In this document: positions 24,028 through 36,119 of the stretch, one piece after another
How positions within the stretch are numbered: position 1 is the stretch's first letter
How the letters are laid out: each line of letters begins with the position of its first letter
Assembly (NCBI GenBank): GCA_977018835.1
Contig: OZ361259.1
Span: 1,116,001-1,180,000 of the forward strand
From: Minutocellus sp. GHC0000111
Lineage: Eukaryota
Length of the DNA stretch: 64,000 bases
Direction: 5' to 3'
Translations under genes and position numbers: made by a program
The notes under the pieces: generated by a model
Databases searched by the model: none
The model's input: the letters and a program-made list of their open reading frames with translations, nothing else
Told to the model about the DNA's origin: nothing

Positions 24028-24285
24028 TGTTTGTTATGCCGGCCCGAGATGCGCTGCCGAGATGCCGAGAGATACCGAGAGAGGCGCGAGCATGAGCAAT
24101 CATCTTTGGAGTGTCCCCCCGAAAATTTTATTAGCGGTTGTCCAGCGTTGTGCTGGTGTAGAGGGGCGCCGATCATCTTCTCAACCATCACCAGCTCAAC
24201 CGGCCAACAGCTTATCCAACACATCTCGTGCCTGCTTCATCTGCTTCATAACGTTGCACAGTCCGGCATAAGCCAGCCAAGCACC

Positions 24286-26067
24286 ATGATCGCTCATCGG
24301 CGAAGGCAACGCAGTAGTCTGACTGCTAGACCATTCATGCCGGTCTTTCTTTCCATTGCTCTAATAACCGCATGCTCATCATCCGTAACAGTGGCCAATG
24401 CCCTCTCCCTCTCCGCCGCTGCGCCCAAGCCCAAGGCCATCGTCGTCGGTGCCGGACCGGTGGGAGTCGCCACGGCCCTCACCCTGTCCTCGGCCCCGCA
24501 CAACTACGACGTGACGCTGTTGGAATCGGCACCCGAAATCTCCTCCCAGTACGACCCCTCCAAGGCATTCCTGTACAATGTCAATTTACGAGGGCAGGCA
24601 TTGACGTCGAAGTTTCCAGGCATGCAGGCCAAGCTAGCGGAGAGGGGCGTGCCCAGTGCCGGATTTGGTGGGGTGGCTCTGACGATTGTTCCGGCAGATC
24701 CCAACAAGCCGCTGCCGAAAAAGAAGGACAAGGTGGCAGGTGGTGTGGATAACAAAGAGGAAGTGCCATCATCGGATGATGACAATGAGGAGGAGGAGAG
24801 CGAAAAGCCCTCGCCTAAGCCGAGCTACTGGATCCCCCGTCATGCCATGGTCCAGCTCATGCTGGAATGCGTCCAGGAGCACAATGCCGAATGCATGAGC
24901 AATGCGAAATTGGGACGGATCGATTACTGCCCCGGTACAGAATGTCAATCGATCCGTCCCTTGTCGGACGATTCCTGCGTCGTCGTTACCACCGTGGACA
25001 AGTCGACGGGACAAACCATCAAACGTCATGCCACGCTGCTGGTCGGTGCCGATGGTATGAACAGCCGAGTGCGCGAGTGTTTGGCGTCCGATGACGCCAC
25101 CGAATTCACCAGCTGGTCCAATTACAATCCCGACAAGTTTCAGCTGCGAAAATGGACGTCCCCGTCGTCGCATCAGCGGATCAAGGTGCTGCAATTGCCG
25201 CCTCGCTTTCAGATACCCAATGGGGAGGGCGGGGCACTCACAACCAAGAGCGATAGCATCTATGCCATCCGATCGATCTACACCGGACCGCGCAACTATC
25301 TGAGTTTGGGACTCCTCCCAATGAAGGATAACAATGCCGTCCGATCAACCAACATCGTTACGAGGCCGGATCATGAGATATGGAAGATCAAGGATGGGGA
25401 GGGGGCGAGGCAGTGGTTCGAGAAGGCATATCCACGAATGCCCTTTGGGAAGGATGGTGGGATGATACCCGATGAGGAGTGGGATCGCTTCGCCAAGGCC
25501 GAGGGGACGAGGTTCCCGCACTGCCAATACTCGCCAGGAATGGGCATCAGCAATGACAAAGGCACGTGCGGCATTGCTCTCGTTGGTGATGCCATCCATG
25601 CATTCCCTCCGGATATTGGGCAGGGAGTCAACGCTGGCCTTGCGGACGTTGTGGCGCTGGACATGGCTTTGCAGGGCAAGGATACTGGAACGGGCGAGGA
25701 TGCAGCTGACGAAGACGAAAGTTTGACCTTGAAATCCAACATTGACCGCTATCAAAATCAGCACGAAGCCGAAATAGCGTCGCTGATACGCCTGGCACGA
25801 TTTGGTGCTCCGTACCAGTACAAACAACCCCATCGGATCGACGTGATCCGTCGGAAGATCTGGACGGCAAATGTCATCCTACGATTATTATTAAATAAGC
25901 TCACCTTGGGGTTGGTGCCGGCGCAGTGCATCATGCTTAGTCAGGACCCAAAGCTAACGTTCCGTCAGGTAATGAGACGAGCAGATCTCACTGCCTTGTC
26001 GTTCAAAGCGATTGCATTAGCAGTAATGGGAACTTTGCTGAGGAAAAGGTTTGGTTTGCCCGCATAA
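24286..26067 (+). CDS. FAD-dependent monooxygenase (kynurenine 3-monooxygenase-like)
   Basis: VVGAGPVG, LLVGADG.NS.VR, LVGDAIHAFPPDIGQGVNAGL. Confidence 0.88.
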   Translation: MIAHRRRQRSSLTARPFMPVFLSIALITACSSSVTVANALSLSAAAPKPKAIVVGAGPVGVATALTLSSAPHNYDVTLLESAPEISSQYDPSKAFLYNVNLRGQALTSKFPGMQAKLAERGVPSAGFGGVALTIVPADPNKPLPKKKDKVAGGVDNKEEVPSSDDDNEEEESEKPSPKPSYWIPRHAMVQLMLECVQEHNAECMSNAKLGRIDYCPGTECQSIRPLSDDSCVVVTTVDKSTGQTIKRHATLLVGADGMNSRVRECLASDDATEFTSWSNYNPDKFQLRKWTSPSSHQRIKVLQLPPRFQIPNGEGGALTTKSDSIYAIRSIYTGPRNYLSLGLLPMKDNNAVRSTNIVTRPDHEIWKIKDGEGARQWFEKAYPRMPFGKDGGMIPDEEWDRFAKAEGTRFPHCQYSPGMGISNDKGTCGIALVGDAIHAFPPDIGQGVNAGLADVVALDMALQGKDTGTGEDAADEDESLTLKSNIDRYQNQHEAEIASLIRLARFGAPYQYKQPHRIDVIRRKIWTANVILRLLLNKLTLGLVPAQCIMLSQDPKLTFRQVMRRADLTALSFKAIALAVMGTLLRKRFGLPA

Positions 26068-26131
26068 GCATTTCATTATAGAGATTTAAACATACACTTA
26101 ATATGAAATAGAGCTACAGTGCCACTTTAGT

Positions 26132-27819
26132 TCAAGGCCACGATGGCGTTGAGTAACTGGGCTCCTTGTCCTCGATTTTGGCCTCATACTCGATCCGGAC
26201 GCCTCCCTCTTCGCCCGCACATTCCTCATCGCCCTCCTCCTCTGACGCACCAAACGGAAGAAATCCACATAACTCTTCCTCCTTGGACTGCCTTGACGCT
26301 TCGTCTTCTTCGGCCGACTTTGCCGAATGTGTGCTAGAGATTGAGTTTCGAACGAATTTACCAACGATACCAAGTGGGTTAGGTTTTACTTGTGAGGCTG
26401 CCTTCTCTGTCTTCTCCAGCATCTCTTGCTGATATTCAAGAGCTTCGTTCATCAGTAGGCCGACAATCTCATCGAGGGGCAGCATGGATATTTCGGAAAA
26501 TTTCAGCAGGAAGCAGCTGAATTCCCTGATATCAAGTTCTTGATTGCCATCGTCGACCTCGGCGAAAATATCCATAATCTCTCCCTGAGTCACTGTGAGA
26601 CTCTCCACAAGAATTAGTCGATGCATGACGTGCATCAATTCGCTCTTGTCCAGAGCGCCACTGCCATCTGCGTCAAATGTGGAGAAAAGCTCAGGTAGAT
26701 GCTTGAACGCAACGTTGCACTCTTCGGTGTCTGCGCCAGCTTGGTGCCGCTGCACTTGGACGTTGTTTTCGTGCGCCTCGGCCACTTTCTCCGCGAGGTT
26801 GAGGAGGAACCCCGTTAGCTCATCCAGAGGTACGCCCGTTACCAGCGAAAACCGTGACATGAATACGGCGAATTCGTTTCTGTCAAGTGAATCATCGTCT
26901 TCTGGACAAATGTCATCCAGTAGTTCCAGGCACTCGGCCAATGAAACTTTCACATCCACAACCTTGCGACGGAATGCCTTGACGCAGGCAGCGATCTCGT
27001 TGCGGTCAAGGCATCCTGAGTTGTCAAGATCCAATAAATCAAAAAGGTTGTGCATTTGGTCCAATCCCCGGATCTGGGATGACATGTTGAAATGTGAGCT
27101 CTTTGTTCCGGGAATGCTCACAGATTCCTCGTGAAGAACGAACGATTCTCCACCACTCAATTCCTGCGAAGATCGATCGGTTATACTTTGAGTGCAGGCG
27201 GATGCCATTTCTTCAAGTGCAGTGCCAGCTGCCTTGCACAGACGCAGAAAGAAATATCCAAATTCTTTTCGATCGAGCTGTGTTTAAACGAAATGCAGGA
27301 TGTAAGATCCAGAAAAATGTTTAGTGACTTTGTTGTAGTCTCACATGAAACATGGCAAAAAAGTGACAGACTTACCTGGGGAGAACAACTCGTCGCGACA
27401 CGGACAGCATCAACGACACGACCCAGATCCTTGAACGAAAGTTTACAAATGTTCTTGTCGATGTGTCGCTTCACACCATTCTCCAGCTCGGTGGCCTCGA
27501 TGGTCCCATTGCCATCGACGTCCCACAGGTCGAACAAACCACAGGTCGAATCCCAGTCGTTTTGGGTCGAAATGGACAAGACGCTGGATCGGCGCCTCTC
27601 GATGCCTCTGCCCTTTGGACGGCTCAGCACGCCCGGCACGACTTCCTCCGTTTCGATGTTGGTCGATGACGAAGACGAATCATCGTTGGGGTTGCTGTGA
27701 CTTCGTCGAAAGCTGCTTCGAACTGAGGCCGAACCTGGCCTGCTCCTCTCTTGACTTGAGGAGTTGGCGATCTCCATCGCCGTCAAGTTGCTCATCCTCT
27801 GCTCTAATGGTGTTGGCAT
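26132..27819 (-). CDS. Multi-EF-hand Ca2+-binding protein (intron 27278-27375)
   Basis: DVDGNGTIEATE, DLDNSGCLDRNE, DADGSGALDKSE. The GTAAGT...CAG intron joins SPQ|LDRKEF. Confidence 0.85.
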
Positions 27820-28207
27820 GTCAGTCGATGCAATGTGACCTGTTCGGCATAAATTCTTGCACCTCTGGGCTCCTCTGATCTATCTCGGCCTGCGACTTCG
27901 CGTTTTGCAGTTTTGCAGTTGGCAGGACACAACAGGGGAAAACATTTTTGGGCGTGCACAAATAATGATGGTGCGACAACCACCCTTGGGTGCGAACCCT
28001 TCGCTTCTGTGTCGATTGAGTCGACAACGTGGCCGGCTGGCATGGCTGGAGCATCGCTCCCGCCAATGGTCTTGGATCACCCCTTCTCATCATGTGTTGG
28101 TGGATCTTGACATGGTAATGAATGCCTAATGGTTACGGTGGCGAGTTACTACGCACTTGCGCTCTTTCTTAACCAACGCGACCAGAAAATTAATTCAGCT
28201 ACCGAGC

Positions 28208-30241
28208 ATGTTCTCATCCGCTACTTCGAAGGCTACTTTGGCCCTTCTGGCACTTCTGATCTTCTTCCTGACACTTATTGCATCCATGTGGCATGTGGCG
28301 CCTCTGGTTCACAATCTTCCGCCATCCTTTGATCTGTATTCTACTGAATATGACGCTGCTGATATCCGAGCGCCGACTGCTGTCGGTTGGAGACTCCGTC
28401 TAATAACCAGAATCATCGTCTCCAGTCCCCTCGGCGACTTCTTTGCTCGGGCACTGTTGGTAAAGAATGGCGTGCCACAGCTCGTGGACTTTGCAGAGGA
28501 AATATCAAAGGATCTAGAAAACGACCACCCCAACGGAAAGGAATACATCATTGGCGAGCCACCCCTAATCCGACTGTCACCTGCCGACTATGCATGGCAC
28601 GACGACGCAGCAAGGGCAGAGCCAAAAGAGGCAGCAAAGCGGTTGGAGGCCCACAGTATCCAAAACAACGAGACGTGTGACTCCAATACCAAAAAGAAGT
28701 ACAATTCCATTTACGACTATCATCGAGCATATGCAGGAAACATCACAACTCCGTCGAAAGTGATTGCCAAACTGTTGGCTTTTATCAACAAGACGGATTC
28801 AATATTGAGATGTGTTGAGAGCACGGACGTTGATGGTGCGACATTGGCCGCAGAGGCATCCTTAAAGAGATGGAGAGATGGAGAACAACGGGGCATTTGG
28901 GACGGAGTACCTGTTATGGTGAAGCCTGAAGTAATGGTTCAAGCTTTGCCGTATACATCGGGGAAACAATTCCGGGACGACAACTCGGACGTTGCGGCAT
29001 ATGATGATATAATTTTCAAACGGTTAAAGGACGCAGGTGCAATTGTTGTCGCTTACACGACGATGCACGAGCTTGGAGTTCAACCCACGGGCTACAGCCC
29101 ATGGCATGGAGGTCCTAACAACCCACATGCTCGAAATCACTTTTCTGGTGGGTCTTCGAGTGGCTCGGCGGTGGCAGTGGCGACTGGCATGGTCCCCATA
29201 GCCCTGGGTCAGGATGGCGGTGGCAGTATTCGGATACCAGCAGCTTGGTCTGGCACAGTCGGTCTAGCCGCTGGGTATGGTCGCATACCGTTTCGCAAGG
29301 GCAAGGAAAATATATTCACAGTCGCCAAGGCAGGTGTTCTGACTGCTACTGTCGATGACTCGCTGGAAGCTCTGCTTCTTATTGGACAGGATGTATCGGA
29401 GGAAGAAGGTGCTGACAACCATCCCATCCATGTCTCATACGGAGGCAACGGTATACCGCCTCCCCATTCTCGACCTCGATGGTCGAATGCACTTATGGAT
29501 CGTCCGATTCGGATTGGAATATACTGGGACTGGGTAAGACACCGCCCTTCCGTGGCGTATGCTGGGACTACAGGCAGAGACGACGCGGTTTATAAATCGT
29601 TCGTTGAAATGATCGACACACTAAAGGAAAACGGTGCTGGCAACGGTAGGAAGTTTGAGGTAGTTAAGATCACTCTTCACCACCTGAGCACACAGGCCTT
29701 GGTCCACGGTATACTCATTACAAGCATGTTTAGTTTCGCTCAAGTCAATGAGCTCTATCGAGGCAAGAACAGAAGGCAAAGTGCTCGATTGGACGACGAC
29801 TTGCAACCTGCGACGGAAGTTCAGATCAAACTTGGTAGTCAGATCACAGCCCTGGAGATTATGGCCAGTTATCGGATTAGAAATTGGGCGTTGGCTCAAT
29901 GGAGGGCTGTTCTACAAGACGTGGACGTGATACTGGCGCCTACAACGCCGATGACGGCACTGGTTCGACCACCCAGTAGCGATGTGATCGGATTGTCTGA
30001 TACCGGCCTTTTTGTCCAAATGATGAGATTTATATGGCCAGGGAATCTTGTTGGATTGCCTGGTCTCGCAGTTCCCATCGGCACAGATTCCGATGGCCTC
30101 CCTCTTTCAATACAGGTGCTTTGTAATCACTGGCATGAAGCAGAGTGCATATCGGTAGGTGGCGTTATCGAGAGCTTGAGTGCTGTATCCAAGCCGATGC
30201 CTCCCGATGAATTATTTGTTGACTTGCTCGGAAATAATTGA
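28208..30241 (+). CDS. Amidase-signature enzyme (fatty acid amide hydrolase-like)
   Basis: GVPVMVK, GGSSSGSA, DGGGSIRIPA; N-terminal TM helix. Confidence 0.9.
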   Translation: MFSSATSKATLALLALLIFFLTLIASMWHVAPLVHNLPPSFDLYSTEYDAADIRAPTAVGWRLRLITRIIVSSPLGDFFARALLVKNGVPQLVDFAEEISKDLENDHPNGKEYIIGEPPLIRLSPADYAWHDDAARAEPKEAAKRLEAHSIQNNETCDSNTKKKYNSIYDYHRAYAGNITTPSKVIAKLLAFINKTDSILRCVESTDVDGATLAAEASLKRWRDGEQRGIWDGVPVMVKPEVMVQALPYTSGKQFRDDNSDVAAYDDIIFKRLKDAGAIVVAYTTMHELGVQPTGYSPWHGGPNNPHARNHFSGGSSSGSAVAVATGMVPIALGQDGGGSIRIPAAWSGTVGLAAGYGRIPFRKGKENIFTVAKAGVLTATVDDSLEALLLIGQDVSEEEGADNHPIHVSYGGNGIPPPHSRPRWSNALMDRPIRIGIYWDWVRHRPSVAYAGTTGRDDAVYKSFVEMIDTLKENGAGNGRKFEVVKITLHHLSTQALVHGILITSMFSFAQVNELYRGKNRRQSARLDDDLQPATEVQIKLGSQITALEIMASYRIRNWALAQWRAVLQDVDVILAPTTPMTALVRPPSSDVIGLSDTGLFVQMMRFIWPGNLVGLPGLAVPIGTDSDGLPLSIQVLCNHWHEAECISVGGVIESLSAVSKPMPPDELFVDLLGNN

Positions 30242-30589
30242 GCCCAATGCATATCGATAAGTAGATATGTCTATAAATGTTATCATTTCAACAAAATGCC
30301 ATACATGTAAGATAATTGATACGTTGTACGGCTGAAAAAAAAAACATCAGGGCGATTCATGCCTCAAAACTTTTTTGTCACTACGATCTCATCCACCCAA
30401 CGAATGACTTCTTGAATGGAGGCCACAATGTTCTCACAAAGTCACTACATTGCCACTATAGTCTTTGTGGCTCGGGCTGGTCGATCTTTGCGCCAATCAT
30501 CGCCAGTCATCAGAATGCCTCAGCGTCAATTCCAACCTACAAAACTTTTCCGATCATGTTTTATCCAACGTACATACACCTCACTCCTT

Positions 30590-31857
30590 TTACTCATACT
30601 TGAAGGATTCCTCCTCACCGGCAATGTATCGGTTGGCAACAATGTTGCACAGCTCGGCCATGCGCTTGGAATATCCAGCCTCATTGTCATACCAGGCATA
30701 GATCTTCACCAGCGTACCGTCAATGACCTGCGTACTGAGCGCATCGATGATGGAACTGCGGGTGTCGTTGGTGTAGTCCGTCGACACGAGGGGCTTCTCC
30801 TCGTAGCCCAGAATGCCCTTGAGCGGACCGGACTCACTGGCCGCCTTGAGGGCGGCATTGACCTCCTCCTTGGTGGTGGGCTTCTCGACCTCAAAGACGC
30901 AGTCGGTCAGACTGGCGTTGAGGAGGGGGACACGGATGGCCAAGCCGTTGAGCTTGCCCTTGAGCTCGGGATAGATCTCGACGATGGCAGTGGCAGAGCC
31001 GGTGGAGGTCGGGCAGAGGTTGATCATGCCGGAACGAGCACGACGGAGGTCGGACTTTTTGGTGTTGGGCATGTCGACCAGCTGTGTGAAGAAGCGGAGG
31101 AACATGAATTGATGCGGTGCAATTGCATGATATGCAGAAAAAGAACACACATGATGTGCCGGAAATGAAGTGAGATTGTGACGATGAAAGATACGACCAA
31201 AATCATATCGGATGCGCCTTGTATATGCCACAAGAAAGCAGTGCGCTAAAGTAAACATCGCGCATATATACAAATAAGTTCAGCTAAACTCACTGTCTGC
31301 GTACCGGTAACGTCATGGACGGTGGTAATGCACCCGTGCTTGATGCCAAAGTTCTCCTTGACGACCTTGACGACGGGAGCGAGGCAGTTGGTGGTGCAAC
31401 TGGCATTGGTCACGAGCTTCTGCTCCTCCTTGAGCAGACCGTGGTTGCACCCCAGCACGACGTTGAGGGCCTCGGGTTCCTTGACGGGGGCCGAAACGAC
31501 GACTCGCTTCACGCCGCATTCGGTGAAGTACGGCTCGAGGGTCTTGACCTTGAGGAACTTGCCGGTGCATTCCATCACCATGTCGACGCCCATGGCGGCC
31601 CAGTCGACCTTGGTGAAGTCCTTCTCCTGGGAGAAGGTGACGGTCTTGTCATCGACGGTGAAGGAGTTGTCGTCGACCTGGTCGACCTTGTGATTCCACG
31701 TGCCATGAACAGAGTCGTACTGGACGAAATACGAGGCCGACTCGCAGGAGCAGAGGTCGTTGACGTGGACGATTTCCAGGGAGGGGTCGTCCCATGCGTA
31801 ACGGAACACGAGACGGCCGATGCGGCCGAAGCCATTGACTGCACACTTGATGGGCAT
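30590..31857 (-). CDS. gapdh: ArsJ-associated (Gap3-type) glyceraldehyde-3-phosphate dehydrogenase, 351 aa (intron 31082-31293)
   Basis: [77 protein letters not shown]. The phase-0 GTGAGT...CAG intron restores the frame. No targeting peptide. Confidence 0.93.
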
Positions 31858-32354
31858 GGTTGGAGCAGGAGAGGGAGGCCGAGGGGTGGTAAAGTGAAAG
31901 TAGAAAGTGACGAATGAGGAATGATCGATTTAGCGGCTGCGGCGAATCTCGGCACTCGGGACGAATCTCCAAATTTACAGATTATACATTTGTAACAAGA
32001 CCTTGTAGTTTTATTAAAATACCGATCTTTCAACCAAAAATAGGGTATGTTACCTGATATTGATTGTAATTCATCCCGTCCACGAGTTCGGCTGAAGCCG
32101 GCACCAGGCGCATCTGGATGGCAGCCGCAGCTCAGCAGCAGTCAGTTGGACACAAGTCACATTGAGTTGACTATTGTTCGAGACGCACGCTGATTTGCAA
32201 TCACCTCTCAGCAACTTCAATCAGTGCGTGTCTTTTCTCTGGCACATCAGTCGCCTATCAAGGCAGCACATATTCTCTACTGATTTTTGATCACGAACGA
32301 TCATACAAAGGCAGTCCGGCAAAAAAGGAGGAGTCAAGCGAGTAAGCAACAAGC
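31858..32354. promoter_or_regulatory. Putative bidirectional promoter between gapdh and arsJ
   Basis: 497 bp between divergent ATGs, with an AT-rich core. Function is inferred. Confidence 0.55.
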
Positions 32355-34275
32355 ATGACCAAGGCATCGTATGAAAAGTTTGAAGACGGTGGCGACAATG
32401 AAGACAAATTCGCGGACGAGGTCGTTGCCGCTAATATTGAGGATCAGCAGCAGCAAGATGAAGAGTCTCCCGAACAAGCGGCAGCTCCTCAATTCGAACC
32501 AGCCGCCGAGCAGGCTGTGACCGCTTCGTCGACCACAAAGAAGAAGGGGGGAGACACCAACACGGGCAACATATCCTTCAAGGATTTGACGTCGGACCAT
32601 CTCCGTCCGTTCGCCATCATCTCCACGTCGTATCTGCTTTTTACGGTGACCGACGGTGCCATCCGCATGATTGTCCTGCTGCATGCGTACAATCTCAACT
32701 TTTCCGCGTTGGAGGTGGCCATCATGTTTACCTTGTATGAGCTGGCGGGTGCCGTGACCAACCTGTTGGCGGGTGTCATGGGTGCCAAGTGGGGTATCAA
32801 GCTGACTCTTATTACCGGTCTGACACTGCAGCTGGCCGCCTACGGCATGCTGTTTGGCTGGAATCCAGACTGGTCCAAAAGCCAGGCCACGCTGTTTGTT
32901 ACCTTTGTCCAAATGTTGGCGGGCATTGCAAAGGATCTTACCAAATTGGGTGGCAAGACGGTAACCAAGCTGGTGACACCGGAAGAACAAAACACCCGAC
33001 TGTTCAAGCTCGTCAGTCTCATTACCGGTTGGAAGAACAGCCTCAAGGGCGTAGGATACTTCCTGGGCAGTGCACTCATCGGCGTATCGTACGAGTTAGC
33101 CTTGGGGTTCATGATGGGTCTCATCGTTTTGGCCATGCCGTGGGCAATTCTCGGGTTGGACAACAAGCTGGGTACGGCCAAGAAGAAGAATTCGACGCTG
33201 AAGGAAATCTTCGTCATGGACAATCAGCAGCTCAATGTGCTGAGTTTGGCACGGCTGTTTCTGTTCGCGTCGCGTGATTTTTGGTTCGAGGTACCGTTGC
33301 CGTTCTATCTGCGAAGTCCAGGATGCGAAGGCCTGGGCACCGACCCCTGTATGGAGAACTCGGATTGTACTCGAGGTGCCGTCTGTGGTATGGAGAGTGG
33401 AGTCTGCGAGAACTTCAATGGCGGCGGCGGTTGTGGCGGACTAGGTGTTCAGAGTGTTGTAGGTGAGTATTGCACGTGGCGAATGAATACCAAGCACAAC
33501 TATCCCCCTAGATACTGTTTATTTTCTTCTCGGCATTCGTCTCATAAGCTCGTTATATTTTTCATCTCTTACATCAGTCGGTGCCTTCCTCGGAGGCTAC
33601 ATCATCCTCTACGGTCAGGTGCAGAGCTGGACTCCACAGCTGGTCACTGGACCACTGGGCCAAACACCGCCGAACAAGCTCACGGAGGTTCTTTGGGGGA
33701 TCATCAACTGCATCCCAACTCTTGTAATGGGATTGGTGATGTCATTTTCGCCCGTATTCTTGGAACACAACGTCAGTGGAATGATCGGGTGGCTAATCTC
33801 GTCCATCGTTGCGTTTGCCATCGTTTTCGCCATCAATTCCAGCATCCATTCCTATCTCGTTGTGAAGTATGCCAAATCTGACAAAGTGGCGGTCAGTGTT
33901 GGCTTTTACTATATGAGTAACGCCCTTGGCCGATTGATGGGTACCATTGGATCTGGTCTGATCTTTACTTATGTTGGCGAATATTTTGGCGAATTCGTCG
34001 GTCATGATGGTACTGCGGGATTGGCTGCGTGCTACTTGGCTGGAACCCTTTCGAGTGCAGCGGCTGCATTCATAACCACCTTCATTGATGACGATGAGGG
34101 TGGCTTGAAATGTGGAAATATGACTTGTGTTCATGCTGAGATAGAAGATAACGAAGATGCTGAGAACGAATCAAGCGGCGATGGCAAAGCAAACGGAACG
34201 GAGGAGACCGAGGTGAAAAAGATGTCGCAAGCGCAGGAGTCTACCCTAAGTGCCTCTGCCGTATCATCAGCATGA
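32355..34275 (+). CDS. arsJ: ArsJ-family organoarsenical efflux MFS transporter, 601 aa (intron 33463-33577)
   Basis: Y..FTVTDGAIRMIVLLH, LYELAGAVTNL, QMLAGIAKDLTK, TGWKNSLKGVGYFLG, ARLFLFASRDFWFEVPLP, FAINSSIHSYL, GFYYMSNALGRL.GT. These are motifs recalled from bacterial ArsJ. Confidence 0.9.
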
Positions 34276-34329
34276 CACGCGTAGTAACCGTAAATTATAG
34301 TTGTTCATTGTTCAATATTTTCTACGCTG

Positions 34330-36106
34330 CTACGCTGCAATAGATGATCTTGCCCTTCGGCGAACATGGCGTTTCTTGAGAGGAATGTGCAAATCTCCGG
34401 GAACTCGGCCGTGGCAAAATGGAGCCTGACTCTTCATACAGACGCGGTGTTTGGCCCGAGCAAAGGCCCGTGCTGATCGGCCGGTTGTGCTGATGGCATG
34501 CCGAAGAGGCTTGGGGATGGACCCATTGTTCGCAAGCAATATAGTTTGTATGTCGAGATACCGGTTGAGAGAGTAGGGGTTACGCTGCTGCAATGCCATG
34601 GTTTTCTTTTGTGGGAGGATCGACTGCGATGAAAAGTAGATCATTTGCTCATACTCGAACTCATCCTCTTTCCATGGCTCGTCCAGCAAAGCTAAGGCAA
34701 TCGCCTCGATGTAATTGCCAAGAATATCGAGATTATAACCTCCTTCCAGAGCCACAACGATGGGGGTGTTTCGGCCAGCGGCGTCCGACAGAGAATTTGT
34801 AATAGCATAATACGCGTCCGGCGTCAATTTGCAGTCTCCAAGCAAATCGCCCTCGGCTGCATCAAGACCTGCTGACACGAGTATCAAGTCGGGCTGGAAG
34901 GCTCTTATAGCTGGCCCGACCACCTGCGTCATGGCCACTGCATACTCCGAGTTGCCCATGCCGCTCTGTTCCCACACGATATTTTGATTGGTTCCCATCG
35001 CATCTCCCTTGCCAACATCGTTCACGGATCCTGTACCGGGATAGAACCAGGAGAACCGCTCAGCATCGTCGGGGTGGGCCGAGTTACTTGCCCGGTGTAT
35101 TGAAAGATAGAAATGTTTGGGTCGTCGTAGGTCAACTCCTGCGTTCCGTTCCCGTGATGGATATCTAAATCAAATATAAACACCCGCGAGGCTCTTTTGG
35201 TTGCAATTGCATGCTTTGCGGCGATTGCTACATTGCCAAAGTAGCAGAATCCTATGTATTGGCATAGAATTGGTGGTGAGAGGATGGATGTGAATTAGGG
35301 TTCTCATTGGTGACATTTCACATTTTTGGCATTCGTGCGGATCGACTCGACTTACCCATAGGCTTGTCGCGCAAGGCGTGATGACCTGGTGGACGGACCA
35401 AGGCAAGCGATCTCGTTACCTGAGAGTTTGACTCAGCACAGGCATTTACACACTCGACGACACCCCCAGCAGCCAATGATGCGGCCTCGAACGTATGTGA
35501 GTCATAACATAGATCACTGGGATCGGTCAGCTTCACATGCTCATCGTTGGTCACAAGAGCCGCACTTCGGATGAAACTGCAGTGGTCTGGACTGTGCGCG
35601 AGGAGGATCGTGTCGCGCGACGCAGGACGAAAGGGGAGCGATGTGAGTCATCTAGTTGTGGGCGAAGTGGAATGGCGCGAAAGATGTTCGGCGAGACTCG
35701 TTTGCGACATCCAAGGATGCTGACGCTGCAGGAGCGTCCACTCCATCTCCTGCAGGCGTTCCAACAGAGCTGTCAATCTAGGCGCGGTTTCGACATGTTG
35801 TTCTGCATCGTCGGCGTCGTCTGTGTCGTTGATTTTTGGCTGTTCGGGAGGCGCATGGAGGCTCATTCGAGCATCGGTGCAGAGGAAGATGGAAGTCATG
35901 GCGGACATTTGGGTTAGCGTTCTCTTTGTGAATGATTGTGTTGTTTGGATTGTGAGAGCGACAGGGAGGCAATCGTCGATGCCGTCCTTTTTGGCCTTGC
36001 CACATGCCAGGCCAGGGGCGGCGCAGGAGCGTTTTCGAACCAGCCTCATCTTGTGCTGCTCTGCTGCTTGGAGTTCCTCTGTGATGACTTGACTTGTTCG
36101 ACTCAC
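34330..36106 (-). pseudogene. Histone deacetylase, disrupted (copy B)
   Basis: Same stop and frameshift as copy A. Keeps IFDLDIHHGNGTQ where copy A reads IFGLD (SNP 35170/1795). Confidence 0.85.
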
Positions 36107-36119
36107 CGAATCTCAGAGC

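Noticed and set aside
30416..31917. Long plus-strand ORFs opposite GAPDH (likewise opposite p24 and USP)
   Set aside because: Antisense shadows produced by strong codon bias; no independent motifs.
33463..33881. C-terminal part of the 508-aa ORF 32355-33881 (and ORF 15-506)
   Set aside because: Intron read-through. Splicing shifts to the frame that holds the ArsJ motifs.
30590..34275. Bacterial contamination as the source of gapdh-arsJ
   Set aside because: Both genes have canonical spliceosomal introns that restore conserved frames, and they sit among eukaryotic genes.
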